Source of the DNA: Candidatus Shapirobacteria bacterium
Lineage (GTDB): Bacteria; Patescibacteriota; Microgenomatia; UBA12405
Direction: 5' to 3'
DNA: 44,380 nucleotides
Assembly (NCBI GenBank): GCA_030698565.1
Contig: JAUYJS010000003.1
Coordinates: 142,187-186,566 of the forward strand
This document shows, one piece after another, positions 34,182 through 42,300 of this stretch. Below the pieces are notes generated by a model. That model was not told the DNA's origin, ran no database searches, and saw only the letters and a program-made list of their open reading frames with translations. Position numbers and translations under genes: made by a program. Position 1 is the first letter of the stretch; the number at the start of each line of letters is the position of its first letter.

Positions 34182-34404
34182 AAAATATCAAATTTTATTC
34201 CCCTATCCCATAATCTTATCTTCTAATTTTCTCCAAAATAGCTCAAAAATAAGAATAATCTTTGAATTCCCCCAACTTCCAGTTTACATTCGCCCAACCT
34301 CGTCATTGGCAACCGCCAACATAGATTGCCAACATTTCTCAGAAAACTAATTACAACTACATCACAAACTCTCTTTGAAGTTCAAACAGCCATCCAACCC
34401 ATAA

Positions 34405-34830
34405 TTATTTTTTTCTAAACGTCACCGTTAATTTATTATTTAAAAATGCTCCATTAACACTCGCCTCAAGTTCAAATTGCCTCGCTTCTATTGAAGTCAT
34501 CGTAAAAGTCGCTTTACCCAAGTTATCACTCACACTACTTGCCGGACTCACAGTATTTATACCATTCAAACTCACTGTCTTGCCCGAAATTCCCTTGCCA
34601 CTTCTATCAACCACAAAAACATTAACAACGCATTTGTCTTCCCCATCGGCCACGGCCAAAATTTTTGACCCAATTAAAAGAGATTTACTTAAATCAACCT
34701 TACCCACAGTCGATGCCCGAGTAAAAGTTACTAAGGACTTGGGAATTAGTTGCCAGGCAAAAAAATAAACCAAAACCAACCCCACTATCAACCCAGTCAA
34801 ACTGACTATAAATTGCTTATTAACTTTCAT
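34405..34830 (-). CDS. Small membrane-anchored Big_1-like protein, inverted paralogue of 19500-19916
   Basis: TM, then ADGEDKCVVNVFVVDRSGKGISGKTVSL...SDNLGKATFTMTS. Confidence 0.55.
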   Translation of the reverse strand: MKVNKQFIVSLTGLIVGLVLVYFFAWQLIPKSLVTFTRASTVGKVDLSKSLLIGSKILAVADGEDKCVVNVFVVDRSGKGISGKTVSLNGINTVSPASSVSDNLGKATFTMTSIEARQFELEASVNGAFLNNKLTVTFRKK

Positions 34831-35038
34831 ATCTACTATAATTAAAAGAATATCACAAATTAGTAAAGCAAGTATTTGATACTACTGTATATCTCACTAA
34901 ATTTTATATAAAATCTAGTTAATTGTCAGTTAAACAATCCATTGCTAGTAAAAAATAAGGCCACTTTATCCCTATATTCTTGCCTTAATTAACATTAATC
35001 CATCATCATAAAATCCATTTAATTTAAAATTATAAATA

Positions 35039-35065
35039 TAGGGCGTCCTGGCGGGACGCCCCTAC
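35039..35065. repeat. B-like hairpin TAGGGCGTCC-TGGC-GGGACGCCCCTAC
   Basis: Solitary copy in an AT-rich spacer. Confidence 0.7.
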
Positions 35066-35324
35066 ATTAAATTTTCAAATTTTAACCACAATCTACGTCT
35101 TTAATTATCTTTATATATCAGACTAAAACCTATTAGGTGTTTATCAATCAAACAAATCTGTCAATAAAATAGGCAAAAAAAAACCATATCAAAATACTAC
35201 CTATTCTTTGGCCTTACTATAATTGCACCAACCTGTTTTCATTGCTAATATTTAAACATTTTAATATTTAGACTATGTTTACAGAATAATTATTATTTAT
35301 GATATGAAACATCCCTGTCTTGCT

Positions 35325-35353
35325 GTACGGGCGCCCTGGCGGGGCGCCCCTAC
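35325..35353. repeat. B-like hairpin GTACGGGCGCCCTGGCGGGGCGCCCCTAC
   Basis: Solitary copy in an AT-rich spacer. Confidence 0.7.
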
Positions 35354-35661
35354 ATAAACATTTTTTCCAACCAGCATGAATTTCCCTATCAATTAATATC
35401 ATACTGCATTTTCCGTGCATATCCGAAATTACTTTAATTTTTAATCTTATTAATTAGATATTTAGACTTTAATAGATATAGATCGATAGTAGCTATACAC
35501 ACCGTGCAAGCCCTTGTGAAATTATTAATTCTTAATTATTAATTATTAATTGGCCAAAATCATACTATCAAAATATATCAAAAACTCCATCAAACCGCCT
35601 GTTGACAGCCTTTTTCTTATAGTAGATAAATTATATATATACTAATTAATTTTATATAAAC

Positions 35662-35778
35662 ATGTATAAAAAATATAAAAATAAACCTAAAACTTTATCT
35701 TTGCACTTAAATGCACTAGCAGAAAGACTCGTGCCATTTCTTATCATCGCCACCGCTTTTATGTGGTTGTGGAAATAA
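35662..35778 (+). CDS. Possible 38-aa single-TM micro-protein
   Basis: MYKKYKNKPKTLSLHLNALAERLVPFLIIATAFMWLWK; ends 4 nt before ATG 35783. No homology support. Confidence 0.25.
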   Translation: MYKKYKNKPKTLSLHLNALAERLVPFLIIATAFMWLWK

Positions 35779-35782
35779 CACC

Positions 35783-36295
35783 ATGGACACTGCTCTAAAC
35801 ACCACACTAGAACCATTCAGACTTTGGTTACAAAATAAAAACCTATCTTCATCAACTGTTCGCAATTATGTAGTCGACGTTAATAAATATCTAAAATTTA
35901 TTGACAACAAATACGGACAGCTCGCCAAACAATCCCATCTTCAGTACGGACAGGTCGCGACCTGTCCCTACACAGAATCAAATCTCGAGCAATATATCTC
36001 CTCCATTTCCTCCGACCCCAACAACTCTCGCTATTTAGCTTCCCTAAATAAGTTTTGCCAATTCGCCCTAGATCAAAAACTAATCAAATCAAATCCAATA
36101 AAAAAAATTCTCCATCGTCGTAAAAGTGATTCACAACCTGTCCTAAATACAGAAAACTTAATTTCCCAATATCAAAAACACCTGATTCACAAAAATTTCT
36201 CCCAAAACACTATAAAAAACTATATCAATGACATACACCAGTTTATAAATTGGGCAGAAAAAAACAATCGCCCTGTTAAGGGAGATGTCACGTAG
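35783..36295 (+). CDS. Protein made of two tyrosine-recombinase N-terminal SAM-like (core-binding) modules, with no catalytic domain
   Basis: FRLWLQNKNLSSSTVRNYVVDVNKYLKFI and YQKHLIHKNFSQNTIKNYINDIHQFINW match the Phage_integrase N-terminal SAM-like pattern. Ends at TAG TGA, in the same frame as the next ORF. Confidence 0.6.
   Translation: MDTALNTTLEPFRLWLQNKNLSSSTVRNYVVDVNKYLKFIDNKYGQLAKQSHLQYGQVATCPYTESNLEQYISSISSDPNNSRYLASLNKFCQFALDQKLIKSNPIKKILHRRKSDSQPVLNTENLISQYQKHLIHKNFSQNTIKNYINDIHQFINWAEKNNRPVKGDVT
35944..35971. repeat. Family G palindrome GTACGGACAGGTCGCGACCTGTCCCTAC, in-frame in CDS 35783-36295
   Basis: 28 nt with one arm mismatch; translated YGQVATCPY. Confidence 0.75.
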
Positions 36296-36300
36296 TGACA
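36286..36300. repeat. Small palindrome TGTCAC-GTA-GTGACA carrying tandem in-frame stops TAG TGA
   Basis: Stops at 36293-36298 separate two ORFs that share one reading frame. Confidence 0.7.
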
Positions 36301-36313
36301 GAGGGTTTGTTCA

Positions 36314-39300
36314 ATGAATTTAAAATTTAACCAATCGCAATTCGACCAATATGCGGCTTTTCTAAAAAGCACCGATGCTTCTCCAGCCTCAATTCAAAGA
36401 AAGCTATCCTCCCTCGCTTCTTTCCAAAAATTTTTAATCAAAAAGAAATATATTTCTCCTCCTGTACGGGCGATTCATGAATCGCCCGTACATTCCATTA
36501 CCTCAAAAAAATTTTTCATCCCTTTTTCAAAATATCTTATTATAGCTAGTTTAATCATTATTGCCTCTGGTCTTCTTTATGGCCTTTATACCCAAACCAT
36601 ACTCAAAGCTCAAAAGAACTTAGCTTATTCCACCATTGCCAGTCCAGCTCGACCAGGCCGCTCCTTGTCATTTCAAGGACGACTGACCGATTCTTCAGGT
36701 AATCCAATAAGTTCATCGACCGGTATTATTTTTAGGCTTTACGATACAGCCGCTGTCGGCACAGGCACTTCTCTTTATTCTTCTGACATTGGCAACTCTC
36801 AAACAGTAACACCGGACGAAAACGGAATTTTTTCAGTGGTTATTGGCACCACTCACGGCACCGAAATTTCCGAATCTGTTTTTTCCGAGAACACTGCTGT
36901 GTATTTAGAAATTACCGCCGGCAGTGAAACCATGTCTCCTCGTCAACAAATTGCCACTGTCGCCTATGCTCTGAACGCAGAAACATTACAGGGACTGCCT
37001 CCCTCTGCTAGCGGTCTAAAAGATACTGTCATGGTGATCGACGCTCTTGGTAATTTAAATTTAGGCGAAACTTCCCCTACTATCAAATCTGTCTCAGGTA
37101 CTTTTGCCATTGAAGGTCAAAGCCTACTTCTAAAAGCTTCTGATGGTTCTGGCGGTAACATCGAAATCAATCCCGATGCCGCCGGTATTATTAAACTCAC
37201 CACCGAAGGGGTTGGTACCACAGTTCAAGGCTTTATTTCTGCCACCAACGCCAACTTAACCACGGGTAATTTATACGAAGGCGTCATCAACAATACCAAT
37301 CGCAATTACAACTTTTTAGAATTCAAAAATTACGATGTCGGTACCAGCACTATTGCTTCTCGTTTTACTGTTACAGCCGGGGGTAATGTTACTGCAGGTG
37401 GAAATCTTTCGGTGGGCATTGGCATTACCTCTCCTAAAATTACTCTCACCACTGGTGCTAACAATGGCTATCTACTCCAATCTGATGCCAATGGCACTGC
37501 TTCCTGGGTTTCCGCTTCTGGCATTGGTGGTACCTACACCGCGGGTAACGGTTTGACCCTTTCTGGTTCTCAATTCAAATTAGGCGGAGCCTTAACCGAA
37601 GCCACTAGACTAAATATTGGTTCAACTGAAGTCATGTATCTCTCCACCGCTGGCAATGTTGGCATCGGTGTTACCAATCCTATTGAAAAACTTCACATCA
37701 CAGGCAACATCCTCCAATCAAAATCATCTGATTCTGCTGGTGGTGCTGGTATTTATTTAGGAAGTGATACTGGAAGAAACTGGGGTCTAAGGAAAAGCAC
37801 TACCGGCAATAATTTTAATATCGATTACTATAACAGTTCTTGGAACACAGCTCTTTCAATTCTAAATTCAAATGGCAATATCGGCATCGGTACCACCAAC
37901 CCTCTTTCCAAACTCTACATTTCTGATGTTGGTTTCACTGGTAATTTCTTAACCATCAACGACGGATCTTCCGATCTTGTCAATATCTCTTCTGTCCAAT
38001 CTACTTTCAACAATCCAACTTCCTTCACCTCTGCTGGTGATGTATCAATTGCTTATGACTTAAATTTCACCAACCCCACAGCCTCTTATATCAAATCTTC
38101 TGCACCCATCTACCTTCAATCTGGCGAATCTTTCAATTCTTCTGATTTAATTCTTAGGACTTTTAATGCTGGCGACATTGTCCTCGATGCCGCCGGCGGA
38201 GTCACCCTAGCCCAAGCCCAAAACTGGAATTTGGCCACTTCCACCACCGCCCTAAATGTTCAATCCGGTTTATTAAATTTAGATACAACAAACGGTCGGG
38301 TTGGCATTGGCACTACTAGTCCTGAAGCCGCCCTAGATATCAAAAATGTTTTGACTTTAGACAAAACTGGTTCAGCTAGTGTGATTTTAAATGCTACTGC
38401 CGGAGGATGGTTCTATTTCCAACGTGCCGGAAATAATGAGTTAACTATTAACAATTTAGGCAATGTCGGTATTGGTACTGCCAATCCTCTTTACAAACTC
38501 GAAGTTAATGGTTCTCTTCTTGCCACTACCATTGGTGCTGGTGCTACTGACCCTAATTATTCTTTGTATACCAATGGCAAGTTTGGTGTCGGTTCTACCG
38601 CTTACTTTGCTTCTTATGTGGGTATTGGGACGACGAGTCCAGGTGCAAAGTTAGAAATCAATTCAGCAGCGAATGGATCAGGATATGGATTGAAAATAAA
38701 CACAAATACCAGAACTACAGGCGAGGGGTATATTTGGTTAGGTGACGCCACTACACCTGATTTTTATATAAATACAACTGGCAACGTCGGCATCGGCACC
38801 ACCAACCCCACCCACCTTTTACAAGTCAGCAAGACCACCACTGGAGACGATTATGGCATCAAGGTTATTACCGATGGTGTTTCTTATGATACTGGCATTC
38901 TCATCGGCCGATCCGCTGTCAATGGTGCCGGCATCCGAATGGTCACCGGCACTACCGATTATTTAGGCTTTATGGTCAGCGGTTCTACTTTGCCGGCCTT
39001 CACCACCACTGCCCAAATGGTTCTTAATGAAAGTGGCAATGTGGGTATAGGTACCACCAATCCTGGTTACAAACTCGAAGTTAATGGTTCTCTTTTAGCT
39101 ACCACCATTGGTGCTGGTGCCACTGATCCTAATTATTCTCTTTACACTAATAGTAAATTTGGTGTCGGTTCTACCGCTTACTTTGCTTCTTATGTGGGGA
39201 TTGGGACTACAGGACCAACCGAAAAACTCGATGTGAGCGGTTCTGTCAACGCAACAGATATTAAGATAAGTACTCAATCTCTAGATGCAAGATACAAGAA

Positions 39301-42300
39301 TTTAGATGTTGTAAAATCTCAGATTAGTGAGATAACTGGCACTGGCTATAGTACTAATTATGGCACTAGTTTTGGATATCCTGATTGGGGAAATCTCAGT
39401 TCACTTTTACCAAATGGTACGGTTATATCTTATGGTGGTCGCGGTAAAGTTAGTCAAGTAGGTGACAGAGTTATAATGTTCGTTTATAGAGATGATTGGA
39501 GCTGGTCCTCGTCTGTGTATCTTAGCGATGATGGTCAGACAAGTTATGGAACTTTTCGTTATACTACGGCAACAGTGGGAGGAAATGCCGGCTCACCTCT
39601 CTATGCTGGAGTTTGGAATCAACCCGAAGACGGTAATTATGGCACAATATATGCCAAAGATATAATTTTAGTTAAAGAAAGAGTGGCTTTTGGTAGCAGT
39701 TTTGAGCCTAATACTACATTTATGGTTGGCAACGTCGGCATCGGCACCACCAACCCTACCTCTAAACTGCATGTAGTTGGTAATGGTAATATCACTACCA
39801 ATTTATCTGTTGGTGGTACTCTCACCTTTACTGGTGTTAATGTGGGTACTGGTACTACTGCTCTCTTTGTTGATGGTTCAGATATTGTGACTAAAAGAGC
39901 TTTAGGTGATTTAGCTTTCCTCAATAATACTTCTTTAGGCTGGGTAGCTTTTGGTTCTGCCGCTCAAACTGTTGCTACTGGTACCACCCTTTCCTTTACT
40001 GGCACCAACGGTTTAACCACTACTTCAGTTGGTACAACTCAAATTACTTTTGGTCTAGGTGGTACTTTAACTGCCAACACTTCCATTGGCACTTCTTCTT
40101 TTTCTTTGTCTTTTTTGGGCTTGGGTAATACTCAGTCACTCTATATTGCTTCCAGTGGCAATGTCGGCATCGGGACAACTAATCCAGTAACCAAATTAGA
40201 CATTGTTGGTGGTATACGAATGACTGCTAATAATTCCATACAATTTGGTTCTACTTCCACCTCCATTATTTCAGACGATGGCGGAGATAAAATAAAACTC
40301 AGTGGCTATTCAGGACTAACTTTTTATTCAGCCGTAAATACTGCCGACCATATTTTTACCAACAACCAAACGGGGGAATTGATGAGAATTAAAGGCACTG
40401 GCCTTGTCGGCATTGGTACCACAAATCCTCTTTACACCCTTCAAGTTGGTGGTACCGGCACACTCGGAATCGGTGGTACCGCTTACTTTGCTTCGTATGT
40501 CGGCATCGGGACGACAGGGCCTAGTCAAAAATTGGAAGTGGCAGGAAGTATAGTCATTGCAAAAGATAGTGCTTATCGTTCAAATGATGCTTCCGGCAAT
40601 GACAGATGGCTGATGGGTGTTGCCGGTGCTTCAGGAAGTGAATACACCCAATTTTCTATACCGTCAACTGGTGGGTATCTAAGGTTCACTGACTTAAATG
40701 CTAATGAGTTAGTACGAATTACAACAGCGGGCTCCGTCGGCATCGGTACCACCAATCCTCTTTTCAAACTTGATGTCAATGGCAATGCTAATATTGCCAC
40801 TAATTTAAATGTTGGTGTTGGTCTCACCTCTCCCAAAATTACTCTAACCACTGGTGCTAACAATGGTTATCTACTACAATCTGATGCAAATGGCACTGCC
40901 ACTTGGGTTTCGGCTTCTGGTATTGGTGGCACCTACACTGCCACTAATGGTTTAACCAAGACTGGCTCAGCTTTTGGTCTCGGTGGCACTTTAACCCAAA
41001 ACACTTCCATTGGCACTTCTTCTTTTTCTTTGTCTTTTTTGGGCTTGGGTAATACTCAGTCACTCTATATTGCTTCCAGTGGGAATGTGGGCATCGGTAC
41101 GACTAATCCGGGGGCGAAGTTGGAAGTATCGGGAGCAACAACATTACGGGGAGGAGATTTGCTTGTTGGTGGTGCGGGATGGGATTTGTTAAGAGTGGAT
41201 GTTACGGGAACAGACGAAGGGACTCATATTCTCACCAGAGGACTAACTATTGGAAATGCTTATACAAGCATAGAACCAGCTGATGGTGTTTTATTAGTAA
41301 GTGGCAACCTCGGCATCGCTACCACCAACCCCACCAATCTTCTCCAGGTAAATACTGACACTGCCGGCAAAGGATTCCTTCTCTATGATGATGTTAGTGG
41401 CCGGAATATTGCTTCTCTTACTCGAGGCAGCAGCAGTAATGATCCTGGAATGTTACAACTCTACAATGCTGGCTCTGAAACAATCAGATTTAATGGTGAA
41501 TCTGGAACAACCTCATGGATAAATAATGGCGGCCTAGTCGGCATTGGGACAACAGCCCCAAAATACAAACTCGAAGTTTCCGGTTCTCTTCTTGCTACCA
41601 CCATTGGTGCTGGTGCCACTGATCCTAATTATTCTCTTTACACTAACGGTAAATTTGGTGTTGGTTCTACTGCTTACTTTGCTTCTTATGTGGGGATTGG
41701 GACTACTAATCCAACCCAAAAACTGGACTTGGTGGGTTCTATGAAGTTGGAGAATACTACTACATCAACTACGGGAGTAATCTACAAAGGAACAGACAGG
41801 TTCATCCATAACTTCCAACATCCTACAGGAGGCGGAGCGGTACCAGATGGATATAACACATTTGTTGGAGTAAACTCAGGTAACTTCACCATGGGGTCTA
41901 GCGCTACGGTGGCTTCTCACGGCTCCAGGAACTCTGCTCTGGGTCAGGGTACCCTCCAATTAAACACCACCGGTTACCAAAACTCTGTTGTGGGTGCGAG
42001 TGCCCTCAATTCCAACACCACAGGTTACAGCAACTCTGCTCTGGGTGTGAGTGCCCTCCAAATTAACAACACCGGTTACCAAAACTCTGCTGTGGGTACG
42101 CTTGCCCTCTATTCCAATACCACAGGTTACAGTAACTCTGCCCTGGGTGTAAATGCAGGCAGATATATAACAGGTAATGCAGCCAACGAAACTTCTAATA
42201 CCTCCTTGTATCTAGGAACATCAACTAAAGCTCTGGCAGACGGAGGAAGTAATGAAATTGTAATTGGTTACAATACCACAGGTTTTGGTTCTAACTCCGC

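Noticed and set aside
36293-36298. Stop-codon reassignment (for example TGA or TAG as sense) to explain the split giant gene
   Set aside because: MurB, MreB, LeuRS, ComEA and the other genes are full length under the standard code with no internal TGA or TAG. Two different stops occur in tandem here, which argues for real termination.
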